From Candidatus Aenigmatarchaeota archaeon (GTDB lineage: Archaea; Aenigmatarchaeota; Aenigmatarchaeia; CG10238-14; SpSt-28): 64,000 nucleotides of DNA. Each line of letters opens with the position of its first letter. Within the stretch, counting starts at the first letter, position 1. Under the pieces are notes generated by a model. It was not told the origin of the DNA and made no database searches. It worked only from the letters and a program-made list of their open reading frames with translations. The DNA is taken from the NCBI GenBank assembly GCA_025057985.1, contig JANXEV010000001.1:11131-75130 (forward strand), read 5' to 3'. Position numbers and translations under genes: made by a program. Below are positions 36,008-45,883 of the stretch, piece by piece.

Positions 36008-36826
36008 ATGCCAACCAACTTACCTAGAGAATGGTATATTGTAGAAGAGAGTTTTAGGAATGAAAAATCGTTAGAGAAAAAAATAGAATTGTTAAAACAG
36101 CTCATTTCTCTTACCCCTAAACATAAAGGTACGGAAAACCTGATAGCACAATTGAAAAAAAGACTGTCTAAACTTGAAAGCGAAATGGAAAGAAAGAGTA
36201 GAAAATGTGGTAGTAAAGTTATCAACATAGAGAAAAACGGAGACATACTTGTTTCTATTTTGGGTATGACGAAATCTGGGAAAAGTACTTTACTGAAAAA
36301 ATTGACTAATGCTGACGTAGAGATCAGTGATAAACCATTCACCACAAAAGAGCCGCAGACTGGAATTTGTTTCTATGAGGGTGTTTACATACAGTTCGTG
36401 GAAATTCCTTCATTTTTTTTAAAAGAACACTTAAGCATAGCACACAATTCGGATATTTTAATGATTTTAGTAAAAAACGAAGACGAGTTAAAAGAAATAG
36501 AAAAAATTTTGAAAGAAAATAGGCTTGAGAAGAAAAGAAAAATCTTAATCAACCCTTTAGAAGAAAACAAAGAGATTTTAAAAAAGATAATAGAGGAAAG
36601 TGAAATCGTTAGGGTATTTATGAAGCCACCTGGAAAAAATATAGAAGAAAGGGCCGTGGTGCTCAAGAGGGGTAGGAAAATAAAAGACCTTATAGAAAAA
36701 ATCAATGAAAACTGGTTAAAGAGTTTTAAGTTTGCAAGAGTTTACGATAACTCCATATTTTCTGGTAGGAGAGTTGGCTTGGAATATGAGTTAAAAGATG
36801 GGGACGTGGTAGAAATTCATTTTTAA
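36008..36826 (+). CDS. DRG/Obg-related GTPase-like protein with TGS domain
   Basis: MPTNLP, PKHKGTE, GxxxxGKST, PFTT, C-terminal GRRVGLEYELKDGDVVEIH. Confidence 0.85.
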   Translation: MPTNLPREWYIVEESFRNEKSLEKKIELLKQLISLTPKHKGTENLIAQLKKRLSKLESEMERKSRKCGSKVINIEKNGDILVSILGMTKSGKSTLLKKLTNADVEISDKPFTTKEPQTGICFYEGVYIQFVEIPSFFLKEHLSIAHNSDILMILVKNEDELKEIEKILKENRLEKKRKILINPLEENKEILKKIIEESEIVRVFMKPPGKNIEERAVVLKRGRKIKDLIEKINENWLKSFKFARVYDNSIFSGRRVGLEYELKDGDVVEIHF

Positions 36827-36849
36827 TTATCAAGTACAATCATTAATTA

Positions 36850-37914
36850 ATGAAAGTGCAGGAAGTGATGAACCCAAAAGTTTTATGTATAAAAGAAGAT
36901 GAAACGATATCGCAGGCAGTAGAAAGAATGGTAAAAAATCGTTACCACCAACTTCCTGTAGTGAACGAAAAAATCGAGGGTATGATATTTTTAAAGGATA
37001 TAATAAAGGTGAAGTCGGACTTAACAAAAACTGGAGTAAAAAACATTGTAAGGTCTGTCCCTTACCTTGAAAAAAACCAAGACGTGGAGAAGGCTATAAA
37101 AATTTTAATAGAAAGTGGGGTAAGAGCGCTTCCTGTAGTTGAAAATGAAAAAATAGTAGGTATTTTAAGCGAAGTAGATATACTAGAAAAATATTTCGAA
37201 GAAAAATCCATTAGAGTAAAGGATGTCATGAACAAACCGATAGTTTTAGAAGAAAATTCTAGCTTGAGAAAGGCCATTAGAATTATGGAGAAAAACAACA
37301 TATCTTCCCTCCCGATAATAAATTGGGAAGAAAAACTTGTCGGTTGCATTAACATATTTTCATTTGCAGAACTGATAGCCAAGGAAAGAAGTAGAATACA
37401 GTCATTTAAATCCGCGAAAGAAAAAATCGATTTTTTTGATAATCCAGTCAAAAATTTCATTTTCCAGCCTAAAACTTGTGAAAAAGAAACTCCGATAAGT
37501 GAGATTAAAGATCTTTTCAGAAAGTACGAAGAAATAGTTGTTGTAGAAAACGAAAGGCCAATAGGAATAGTTAAACCTAGAGATATTTTATCGGTTTGGA
37601 GAACAGTAGAGCTTACGGAATTAGTTTGTATAGGAGCAAAAAAGGAAGAAGTCGAAAGTGTTTTAGGTAGATCGTTAGAAAAATGGAAAAGAATGGGAAT
37701 TGAGAAGGTAGTTTTAATGATAGAACAAATAGGTGTAAGAAAAAAATTTGAAGGTAAGATGAAAGTTGTTGGTAAAAACATAAATTTAATGGTATCCGCT
37801 GTCGAATATGATAAAATATTTTTGATAAGGAATTTGAAAGAGATGTTGGAGAGGAAAATAGTTGAAGAAAGAAATAAATCGATGACACTCAGAAGAAGAG
37901 TTGAAAAACCATGA
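36850..37914 (+). CDS. 4xCBS protein with a C-terminal HPF/RaiA-like domain (candidate ribosome hibernation factor)
   Basis: Four CBS repeats, then about 95 aa with a beta-alpha-beta-beta-beta-alpha pattern (LEKW ... SAVEYD..LI..L..MLERKI). Confidence 0.7.
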   Translation: MKVQEVMNPKVLCIKEDETISQAVERMVKNRYHQLPVVNEKIEGMIFLKDIIKVKSDLTKTGVKNIVRSVPYLEKNQDVEKAIKILIESGVRALPVVENEKIVGILSEVDILEKYFEEKSIRVKDVMNKPIVLEENSSLRKAIRIMEKNNISSLPIINWEEKLVGCINIFSFAELIAKERSRIQSFKSAKEKIDFFDNPVKNFIFQPKTCEKETPISEIKDLFRKYEEIVVVENERPIGIVKPRDILSVWRTVELTELVCIGAKKEEVESVLGRSLEKWKRMGIEKVVLMIEQIGVRKKFEGKMKVVGKNINLMVSAVEYDKIFLIRNLKEMLERKIVEERNKSMTLRRRVEKP

Positions 37915-38483
37915 AAATCACTTTGTATTTAATTTTGATGATGGTTTTCATTTTCTTTTTACAGAATATACCTGGTTTTTTTGAAAGCTTATCCTTCATA
38001 CCCTCACAAGCTTTAGCAAAACCTTGGATGTTTATAACTTCAATATTTCTACATGCAGACTACATTCATCTATTTTATAATATGTTTGCCTTGTTTTTCT
38101 TCGGCACATACTTAGAAAACATAGTTGGAGTAAAAAACTACATCAAAATTTTCTTAATTTCAGGTCTAGCTGGTAACATTCTTTTTTTCTTTACGACTCA
38201 CGACCCAAAAATTCCAGCAGTAGGTGCATCTGGAGCAATCTTCGGGATAATAGGTGCGCTAACTGCTCTGAGACCATATGAAATTATTTATTTTTTCTTT
38301 ATACCAATGCCTTTGGTAGTTGCAGCTTTTCTGTGGGCAATCGGTTCGTTGATAGGAATGCTCTTCCCTAGTAGCATTGCACATTCTGCACATTTAGCTG
38401 GATTAATCGCCGGGTTTTTGTATGCTAGATGGTTAAAAAAGATATATTCGAAAAAATATACGAGAAGAATTATTTGGTATTAG
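37911..38483 (+). CDS. Rhomboid intramembrane serine protease
   Basis: TSIFLH..HLFYNM, GASG, AHSAHLAG. Confidence 0.93.
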   Translation: MKITLYLILMMVFIFFLQNIPGFFESLSFIPSQALAKPWMFITSIFLHADYIHLFYNMFALFFFGTYLENIVGVKNYIKIFLISGLAGNILFFFTTHDPKIPAVGASGAIFGIIGALTALRPYEIIYFFFIPMPLVVAAFLWAIGSLIGMLFPSSIAHSAHLAGLIAGFLYARWLKKIYSKKYTRRIIWY

Positions 38484-38548
38484 ATTTTTTGATAAAAATA
38501 TTTCTTTGTAAAGAAATTTTTTTAAATAAAAATTTTCTCCTTGAAGTT

Positions 38549-38638
38549 ATGAGGTACGTATATAGAAGTGGGGAAATCATCGAAGAAGATGGCACGGTAA
38601 TAAGAGAGTTAAAAGAAGTTGGAAAAGAACTGATATAA
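38549..38638 (+). CDS. Possible 29-aa microprotein
   Basis: MRYVYRSGEIIEEDGTVIRELKEVGKELI; TTTAAATA 21-28 nt upstream; purine-rich like neighbouring coding strands. Confidence 0.4.
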   Translation: MRYVYRSGEIIEEDGTVIRELKEVGKELI

Positions 38639-38648
38639 AAGAAGGTGT

Positions 38649-38942
38649 TTAGGCCTTTTGAACTTCTTCTTTAGAGACTTCTCCCTCTTGTGGTGTTGAT
38701 GCTACTATATGTTTTGTGATTACAACATCTCCAACTGCTTGAACAACTGAATATGGAACTATCACTCTTTTACCACCCAAAAGTCTACCCATTTCTGTGT
38801 TTGGTGAAGTTTCTATAACTAGTGCTCGTATTCTGAAAGTAGAAATGTCAATATCTATGTCTTTTAACTCTCCTAGATAATATCCCTTGTTTGTGAAAAC
38901 ATCTTTACCAAACATCTCTGTTACTTCTTTTATACTCACCAT
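38649..38942 (-). CDS. PRC-barrel protein (CdpB-like)
   Basis: GKDVFTNKGYYLGE..DI, VPYSVVQAVGDVVI. Confidence 0.85.
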   Translation of the reverse strand: MVSIKEVTEMFGKDVFTNKGYYLGELKDIDIDISTFRIRALVIETSPNTEMGRLLGGKRVIVPYSVVQAVGDVVITKHIVASTPQEGEVSKEEVQKA

Positions 38943-39009
38943 CTCAATCCCTCCGATTTTTTATTTTAAATTCCTAATATAAAAGTTTAAGAAAACAATT
39001 TCTATCTAT

Positions 39010-39094
39010 GCTGGGGTGGCCGAACCTGGTTAAGGCGCAGGTCTGCTAAGCCTGTGGGCTTACGCCCTTGCGGGTTCAAATCCCGCCCCCAGCG
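39010..39094 (+). tRNA. tRNA-Ser(GCT)
   Basis: GCTGGGG/CCCCAGC acceptor, CTGCTAA loop, long variable arm GGGC-TTAC-GCCC. Confidence 0.95.
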
Positions 39095-39107
39095 ATTGTG
39101 TGGTTGT

Positions 39108-39743
39108 ATGAAACGGGCGGAAATCGTAAGTTTTAGGGACGTTATAAAAAGTGGAAGATTCTCTAAATACACACCTAGTTTGTTGATCGCTAAAGAGCTA
39201 GGTTTAAAGTACCTAATCGTAGAAGAGAACAACATCACAGGACCTGCTGTAGGAACTACTATTTTAGTTGATAAAATAACAAAAATTTTGAAAATAGAAA
39301 ACATGCTCGACCTGTGTTGTGGTACTGGAGCATTGACGAAAATTGCCATTGAAAACGGTGTAAAGAAAATTTTCGTCTTGGACAAAAACTTAAAAGCGGT
39401 TAAAGAAAATCTTAAACCACTTCAAAAATTCATCGAATTCATAGAGGGCGATATTTTCAGATTTAAAACTACTGAATTTTTCGATCTAGTCGTTCTAGAC
39501 CCACCTAGGTATTTGATAGAAAAAATCGTAGAACGTTTCGACTTCTCAACGATAAACACAAACTTGTTTGTCATGTGGCATGGGAGTTTTTCAGAAGAGG
39601 GTTGGAATTCTTATGTAAGGGATAAACTCAGGAATTTCTTTGATAAGGTTTATTCTTTTTCTGTTTATGGGGAAGAGCTTAGTGTTTGTAGCGGCACTCA
39701 TACTGGTAAGAAAATGTTGGAAAGATTGATGAAAAAGTGGTGA
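39108..39743 (+). CDS. Class I SAM-dependent methyltransferase
   Basis: LDLCCGTG, EGD, LDPP; start moved downstream of the tRNA. Confidence 0.8.
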   Translation: MKRAEIVSFRDVIKSGRFSKYTPSLLIAKELGLKYLIVEENNITGPAVGTTILVDKITKILKIENMLDLCCGTGALTKIAIENGVKKIFVLDKNLKAVKENLKPLQKFIEFIEGDIFRFKTTEFFDLVVLDPPRYLIEKIVERFDFSTINTNLFVMWHGSFSEEGWNSYVRDKLRNFFDKVYSFSVYGEELSVCSGTHTGKKMLERLMKKW

Positions 39744-40204
39744 TGATGGAATGCATGATATGTGGTAAAGAATTAAAAATAGTCTATAAAGTTGAAATAG
39801 ACGGTAATATTATTGAAACGTGCGAAAATTGCGCAAAAGCTCATGGAAGGATTGTTGAGACTTTTAGAAGTGGGTATGAAAAGGAAATTAACTCGAAGTT
39901 TGAAAAGAGAGAAATAGATCCTATCGAAGAAGATATAGAATTAGTAGAAGACTTTAACGAACTAATAAGAAACAGTAGAGAAAAATTCGGATTAAGTTTA
40001 GAAGAAGCGGCAAGAAAACTTGGTATAAAAGAGAGTTTTTTAGCAAAAATAGAAAGCGGCGAAATTCTACCAGATAAAAAAACTTTAAAGAAGATGGAAA
40101 AATTCTTTAAAATCAAACTAGAGGAGAAAATTGAGTCAAAAAAATTAGAAAAGAAAAGCCAAGAAGATAAACTTAGAATCGCAGATATAGTTGAAATTAA
40201 ATAA
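39737..40204 (+). CDS. mbf1: Archaeal MBF1 (Zn ribbon + HTH)
   Basis: CMICG...CENC, ELVEDF..IR..RE..GLS...A..LG.KES...KIESG, IADIV.IK. Confidence 0.9.
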   Translation: MVMMECMICGKELKIVYKVEIDGNIIETCENCAKAHGRIVETFRSGYEKEINSKFEKREIDPIEEDIELVEDFNELIRNSREKFGLSLEEAARKLGIKESFLAKIESGEILPDKKTLKKMEKFFKIKLEEKIESKKLEKKSQEDKLRIADIVEIK

Positions 40205-40206
40205 TC

Positions 40207-40479
40207 TCATAAGCTTTTTTTAATAACCTTCTTTAACTCTTCGACTTTCTTCAACAAACCGTCAACAGCTTGGGTTAAAGCATCCGCTACTTCTCCTTTC
40301 TTTACCTTTACCCAAAGTTTCACCTCACTGAGATATGGGTGTTCCCTAAAACTAGCTGCCTCCGATACGTTCTTATTTTCCCAAAGTTCCTCTTCCAACA
40401 ATGATGCTAAGGTAAATGTTTCTCCTCTTAGTTCTAAAAGAGCAGTATCCGAGTTCCCTTTTATTTTCACAATCTCCAT
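40207..40479 (-). CDS. rpoL: RNA polymerase subunit Rpo11 (RpoL)
   Basis: GETFTLASLL..EL, EHPY, C-terminal helix. Confidence 0.88.
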   Translation of the reverse strand: MEIVKIKGNSDTALLELRGETFTLASLLEEELWENKNVSEAASFREHPYLSEVKLWVKVKKGEVADALTQAVDGLLKKVEELKKVIKKSL

Positions 40480-40513
40480 ACTCTCTGTATTGTTTTCACA
40501 CCTTTTAAATATT

Positions 40514-41752
40514 TCAGTACGGGAGTCCTAGACCGAAGCTCGCAAAATAAATTTCTAAAACATCGTAATTCTCCACGTCAACAAAAGGCACTAATATCGT
40601 TCTTCTAGTAAAAGTGCCGTAATAATTTACTTTTTCTGAAACCGTTAGTATCAAAGACAATAAAGCAAGTTTCTGATCGTGGGTAGCGGTATCGTATCTA
40701 TCAAAATTCGCTATCCATGCGACTCTAGTAGTGTTGATGGTTGAAACTGGAACTTTTTTCCCATCGTTATAAATTCCAGAATACAGGAAAATCTTGTTTT
40801 GATCCTCGTCCACCGTTTTTACTCGATTAGGTCCAGTAAAATCAGTAAAGTTGTATGTTTTCTTAAAGGAAACGGAAATAGAATAGTTAGTGACATAAGA
40901 AAGCGTGAAGTTGTAACCAAACAATCTAAAATTTTCTCTTTCTCTAACTCTCGTCTCAGGTGTCGTGTAAAATTTAACTTCTCTAGAAGTAGAATTAATT
41001 TCAAACATAACCACATAATTCCTGAATGTAAAATACCCTAAATAATTCCCTGTTGTCGGGTTGGTTTCGTTCGCTTTAATCATCAATGGTAGATTGTAGA
41101 AATATTTATATGGTATATAAACATGATCATAAACACTCACGGGGCTGTGTACCATAACTTCTTCTGTCACTACAACTTCTTGTGTTGGCTCTAAACCGAA
41201 AATCTCTATAGAAGTTTTATCTACTTCAGAAGGAAAGTCAAAAAATCCCAATATTCCTTTACCTTTTGAGAGGTACGTAAGTAAACTATCCCTATAATCC
41301 GTTAGATTTTTATAGTCACAGATTATCAGTAAATTCGAGTAATCTGGTATTTTTGATAAATTTGAGGGTATAAAGTAAATAGAAACCTCTCTTCTATTGA
41401 ACTTCAATTCTCCGAACCAGCTATACAATTTTCTGATTTGGTTGGTGCTACAATTTGCAGCAACGATAATGTTAGGTTTGATTAGATTTTTTGTAGAGAA
41501 AAAAACCGCATAACCTAAATTTCTTAAAACATAACCAGAAAACTCGTCGGAATATGTCATGTTAGTAAACAAAAAATATGTGTGGTTTATGTTGTCTAAA
41601 GTTTGTAAAAAATCTCTAGAAATTACAAAAAGATTAGCCGTTTCTTTTCCTGATGTAATTTGAGGAGGTTTAAATATAAGGTAGAACGAAGTAAAGATAA
41701 TAACAATCGCCCCAATTACTTCAAGTATGGACATTTGTCCTAATATACCCAT
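40514..41752 (-). CDS. Large pilin-like/surface protein of pilus locus 2
   Basis: GQMSILE plus hydrophobic helix (class III-like signal), many NxS/T sequons. Confidence 0.6.
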   Translation of the reverse strand: MGILGQMSILEVIGAIVIIFTSFYLIFKPPQITSGKETANLFVISRDFLQTLDNINHTYFLFTNMTYSDEFSGYVLRNLGYAVFFSTKNLIKPNIIVAANCSTNQIRKLYSWFGELKFNRREVSIYFIPSNLSKIPDYSNLLIICDYKNLTDYRDSLLTYLSKGKGILGFFDFPSEVDKTSIEIFGLEPTQEVVVTEEVMVHSPVSVYDHVYIPYKYFYNLPLMIKANETNPTTGNYLGYFTFRNYVVMFEINSTSREVKFYTTPETRVRERENFRLFGYNFTLSYVTNYSISVSFKKTYNFTDFTGPNRVKTVDEDQNKIFLYSGIYNDGKKVPVSTINTTRVAWIANFDRYDTATHDQKLALLSLILTVSEKVNYYGTFTRRTILVPFVDVENYDVLEIYFASFGLGLPY

Positions 41753-42231
41753 ATTATCAACTCCCCATAACTTTTTCCATCATCCATTGCTGCTATTCTA
41801 CTTATTTTCGCAACATTTTCCCCATACATAACTCGAGTACAATTTATAACATAAGAGTTGTTCGTAAGTTTAAAGACAATACTGATGTTATAGTTAACTC
41901 CTAGAAGTTTTTTAAACGTATCGTAATTTTGGTTACATGTAGAATTCAAAGCTATAGCTTTAACTTGAGAGAGTACATTTAAAGTTTGAAAAGATTCATT
42001 CTGTAAACCTATCCTTTTAGCATTGGATATATCCAAGTACCAATTTCTTGGCTCTCCAGGATCGTTTATCAATAGCTGGGAAATTTTATAAGCCTGTGAA
42101 TATAAAACTTCTTTCTTTAGTTCTACAGAAAAAGCAGGATAGTATACAACGATTTCGTAAAACAAAAAAACAACAGAAGTTATGAATATCATAAGTGCAA
42201 CATAAAATTCATAACCACTTTGTGTTTTCAT
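41740..42231 (-). CDS. Minor pilin-like protein
   Basis: KTQSGYEF plus TM helix; LINDPGEP.NW...IGL. Confidence 0.6.
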   Translation of the reverse strand: MKTQSGYEFYVALMIFITSVVFLFYEIVVYYPAFSVELKKEVLYSQAYKISQLLINDPGEPRNWYLDISNAKRIGLQNESFQTLNVLSQVKAIALNSTCNQNYDTFKKLLGVNYNISIVFKLTNNSYVINCTRVMYGENVAKISRIAAMDDGKSYGELIIWVY

Positions 42232-42232
42232 C

Positions 42233-43159
42233 TCACACACCTATTATACCTATTTTATAAATCATTAGGAAAGCGCCTACGATTATAGAAGCTAAAATTA
42301 TACTGTGTTTAACACCAGCTCTGGGAGAACCTTCAGCTATTTCACCGGCAACAATACCAGCGAAAATCGCTTGAATTAGTGAGAGGAAGAAAAACAAAGA
42401 AATATAGTAAAAATTATCCTCTTTGGCCCCGAACAATGAAAATGCAACATACCTGTAAAGATCACAAATTTGGCATGAAATTCCAACACAATTTGCACAG
42501 GGATTACTTAAAGCAATAGAAGTTAGCTGCGGATTGGAAAGTATTGGTATCAAAAGTCTTTGAATCATTATAACTACGACCAGGAAAATTATCGAAATGG
42601 CATAAATCATGACTACATACTGGTTCAGCATCGATCTTCTATCTTTTTCCAATTGTTCTAGAGTCTCAAAAGATTCGGACAATGATGTCAAAACCGCTAC
42701 AGTGTTTCCTCCTGAGTTATAAGCTTCCTTTAAAATTTTTACAGCCGTAGAAATTTTTTTGCTCTTTTTCATTCTACTAGAAAATCTATCAAGTACCCTA
42801 TTAATTGGTATGTGCCAACTTATTTGATTAGCCATCCATTTTATCTCTTTACTCAAGGTTCCGTAATCATATTTTGTTACAGTTGATATAGCTTTCGGCA
42901 AACTCATGCCACTATTCAAAGCCTCAGTTAGATCGCGTAAAAAAATTGGAAACTTTTCTTCCATTTCTTTAAATTCTCTATACTTTTTGTACTCAAAAAT
43001 AGAAAAAACTCCAAAAATAAAGATAACGGATAACAAAATAGAATTTCCTAAAACACCTACATCGTTTGAGATATAACCAATCGAAACTAAAAAACAGCCT
43101 ATAAGTATCGAAAATATTTTAATTTTGATCTCTGTGCTTAGTTCTAAAAATTTTTCCAT
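42233..43159 (-). CDS. Type IV pilus platform protein (TadC-like)
   Basis: FPIFLRDL...SG, YG.LSKEI, SGG, G++AG...EG...GVKHS; paralogue of 6365..7216. Confidence 0.85.
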   Translation of the reverse strand: MEKFLELSTEIKIKIFSILIGCFLVSIGYISNDVGVLGNSILLSVIFIFGVFSIFEYKKYREFKEMEEKFPIFLRDLTEALNSGMSLPKAISTVTKYDYGTLSKEIKWMANQISWHIPINRVLDRFSSRMKKSKKISTAVKILKEAYNSGGNTVAVLTSLSESFETLEQLEKDRRSMLNQYVVMIYAISIIFLVVVIMIQRLLIPILSNPQLTSIALSNPCANCVGISCQICDLYRYVAFSLFGAKEDNFYYISLFFFLSLIQAIFAGIVAGEIAEGSPRAGVKHSIILASIIVGAFLMIYKIGIIGV

Positions 43160-43185
43160 TAGTATATTTAAATTCTATTAAAAAA

Positions 43186-44058
43186 TCACTCCCAGGTAGG
43201 CGCAGCTTTTTTGACCAAAAATAGGAACAAAATGGAAACCGCTGGTAAAAATATGAAAATCATAAAAAACTGCATACCTAAAATACCTTGTGTTCCTCCT
43301 CCCAACACTGATATGAGAGAAGTTAATATGGTGAAAAATATAGTACCCAAAACTATTGATGTTAGGTATATTTGAACGTAAATGGTCATACTTCTTGAAA
43401 ACTCAGAAATAGTTCTTTTATAATCTATCATATACTCTACCGTCCTGTCTTTCAAAAAGTTATACAAACTCCCACCGCTCCTTAAAGTAGCTAGTATACC
43501 ATATAAAAACTCTCTGAACTTTCTGGAAGGTGATCTATTGACTGCTCTTTCCAGAGAACTGATTATATCCAAACCGTAAAACTCTACATCTTCAACCATT
43601 TTCTTAAACTCTCTTCTAACCTCATTATCATCGCTAAACTCAGTATAAACTTTAATAGCTCGATGTAAAGGTAGGCCAGAACTTAATATAGAAGTTAAAT
43701 ACAGTGTAGAGAATGGTAAAACTTTGTCTATGTTTTTTTCTCTTTGTTTAACAATCGTCTTTGGATACTTCAAATGAATAAGAAAAACTACAATCGGTAT
43801 TCCTATACTAATCAAAATAGAAGCCATGTACGAAAACAGAAAAGATTTACTTGCTATAGAGAAAGAAAAGGCTAAAAAAGGTAAGACCACAATGAAGGAT
43901 AAAAGCGCGGTAAAAATAGAACTTGATATATACTCCTGGGGTGTTTTTTTAATGTTACTCCTTTTTAAATCGTCGACAAGATCGGGAAAGTACCTTTCCA
44001 AATTTTTTGCTACTTCGCCAAACAACTTAAAAGCATACCTATCAAACATTTCATTCAC
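43186..44058 (-). CDS. Type IV pilus platform protein (TadB/FlaJ-like)
   Basis: LPF...SSG, GLD, SPS, SGG; paralogue of 7206..8075. Confidence 0.85.
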   Translation of the reverse strand: MNEMFDRYAFKLFGEVAKNLERYFPDLVDDLKRSNIKKTPQEYISSSIFTALLSFIVVLPFLAFSFSIASKSFLFSYMASILISIGIPIVVFLIHLKYPKTIVKQREKNIDKVLPFSTLYLTSILSSGLPLHRAIKVYTEFSDDNEVRREFKKMVEDVEFYGLDIISSLERAVNRSPSRKFREFLYGILATLRSGGSLYNFLKDRTVEYMIDYKRTISEFSRSMTIYVQIYLTSIVLGTIFFTILTSLISVLGGGTQGILGMQFFMIFIFLPAVSILFLFLVKKAAPTWE

Positions 44059-45883
44059 TTATCATAGCCAATACTCTGTTTGGCATAGTGTAGTAAGCGT
44101 TTATTATCGTATAAACGTCTTTGAAATTAACTATATCGTGGTCTTTCATCCATTTCAGAATTGCAACCCTTCTTTGAAACTCATCCATGATCTCTTTTTC
44201 ACTTATACCAGTAAGTTGTGAAATCTTTTTAAGGACAACACTCATTTCGCCTATTTCAAAAACATCCTTGTAAGCGTTCCAAGTAAAGACCTTGTTATAA
44301 ACCGGTTTGTCATAGCCTTTTGGAAAACCAACTATCTCCACGATCTCAGTAATTCTCCTCACAAATTTCTCTTTATACCTCATTCTCTGCATAAACACGA
44401 CGATATCCAGACTTCCTATTAGACCTTCTGGTAAAGATATAGGTGGTGTTGTTAATCTATCTATCAGTTTATCTATGTTTTCAGCGTGAATAGTGGCAAA
44501 ACTTGGATGTCCTGTAGCCATTTGCTGAAATAGGACGTAGGCTTCTTGTCCTCTCACTTCTCCCACTATTATGTAGTCTGGTCTTTGTCTAAGGCTTTCT
44601 ATCAATAAATGAAACAAATCAACCTCACCTACTTTTCCGGTAGAAATCGGGACCCTAGCTACCATCGGCACCCAGTGTGTGTGTGGTAAAATTATTTCGG
44701 CTGTATCTTCTATTGACACGATTTTCTTTTCCGGTCTTATAAACAAAGAAAGGACGTTTAATATAGTTGTTTTTCCACTTGCGGTCCCTCCAGAAACAAG
44801 TATACTTCTTCCAAAATCCACAGCCATCCAGAGATATGCTAAGACTCTTTCATCGGCCGTACCATATTTCATCACATGGACAGGCGTCAAAGGTTCTTTC
44901 ATGAATTTTCTAAGAGTAAAATTGCTTCCTCTTCTAGCTATATCAGTAGCAAGCGTTGCTTGTAGTCTAGTTCCATCGGGTAGAGTTCCGTTGACAAGTG
45001 GCTCAGCAATAGAAACTGATTTCCCCGCAAGTTGAGCTAATCTTACTATAAAAGAATCCAATTCTTCAGAACTTTCAAAAACGATATTTGTTTCTATACT
45101 GCCTAACCTAGGATCTCTGTGGAAAACAAAAATTGGCAGGCCAACACCATCACAACTTATATCTTCTATATTTTGGTCCTGCATCAAAGGATCTATTTTT
45201 CCAAAACCAAGAAAATCTCTTTCCAGATAGTACCTCAAATTCTCATACTCGTCTTCAGTCAATCTAAATTTAAAATATCTGATTATCTCATCTAATTGGT
45301 TTTTTAGGTATTCCTTCGCTCTCAACAAGTTCAGTTTAGACAGATCAACATCTAATCTTTGTTCCAACAGTTCCTCTATCCGTTTTTTCATATTCTTTAG
45401 TCTATCGTCCAACTTTGGCTCTATAACAAAATAAATATACTTCCCTTTGGTCTCGTCAAAATATATATTAACTTGCGAGAAAACTCTTTCTCCTGGCTTG
45501 GGATTTTTCGGAACCAAAGGATAACTCAATCTAAACCTTTCTACTTTTTCGTCCTCCAAACTCGCTGGCACTATTTTTAACGATCTTGGAATTTTTATAC
45601 CCTCTACTTTAACCTCGATCCTATCTTTCTTTTCTTCCTTCTCCTCTTCTTTTTTTTCTTCCTTTTTGATCTCTGGTGTTTTTTCAGTAGGTTTTTCTCG
45701 AATGATTTCCTGTTTGATTATGATTGGGTATCCTATTGGTTTTGTTTCCTCAGTGCCACTGTAAATTTTTCTTAAGCTATCTCCTCCCTCTAAAAGAAGT
45801 TTTGAAAGATCTAACTCTTTAGAGTAAATCTTTTTCCCACCTATAACAAGTTTTTTAAAAATTTTTCTAGCCCGCATAATCAC
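44051..45883 (-). CDS. Type II/IV secretion ATPase (second paralogue)
   Basis: EDISCDG, LPDGTR, GGTASGKT, IEDTAE, RQRPDYIIVGEVRG, TGH..TIHA. Confidence 0.93.
   Translation of the reverse strand: MIMRARKIFKKLVIGGKKIYSKELDLSKLLLEGGDSLRKIYSGTEETKPIGYPIIIKQEIIREKPTEKTPEIKKEEKKEEEKEEKKDRIEVKVEGIKIPRSLKIVPASLEDEKVERFRLSYPLVPKNPKPGERVFSQVNIYFDETKGKYIYFVIEPKLDDRLKNMKKRIEELLEQRLDVDLSKLNLLRAKEYLKNQLDEIIRYFKFRLTEDEYENLRYYLERDFLGFGKIDPLMQDQNIEDISCDGVGLPIFVFHRDPRLGSIETNIVFESSEELDSFIVRLAQLAGKSVSIAEPLVNGTLPDGTRLQATLATDIARRGSNFTLRKFMKEPLTPVHVMKYGTADERVLAYLWMAVDFGRSILVSGGTASGKTTILNVLSLFIRPEKKIVSIEDTAEIILPHTHWVPMVARVPISTGKVGEVDLFHLLIESLRQRPDYIIVGEVRGQEAYVLFQQMATGHPSFATIHAENIDKLIDRLTTPPISLPEGLIGSLDIVVFMQRMRYKEKFVRRITEIVEIVGFPKGYDKPVYNKVFTWNAYKDVFEIGEMSVVLKKISQLTGISEKEIMDEFQRRVAILKWMKDHDIVNFKDVYTIINAYYTMPNRVLAMISE

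Noticed and set aside
37062..37781. Long antisense ORFs (also 51..326, 12566..13045, 27704..28219, 47750..48226, 55355..55798 and similar)
   Set aside because: Ser/Phe/Ile/Leu-rich shadows of Lys/Glu-rich genuine genes on the opposite strand, with no motifs.
39002..39385. 127-aa minus-strand ORF and the 5' extension of the methyltransferase from 39054
   Set aside because: Both overlap tRNA-Ser; the methyltransferase start at 39108 is more plausible.
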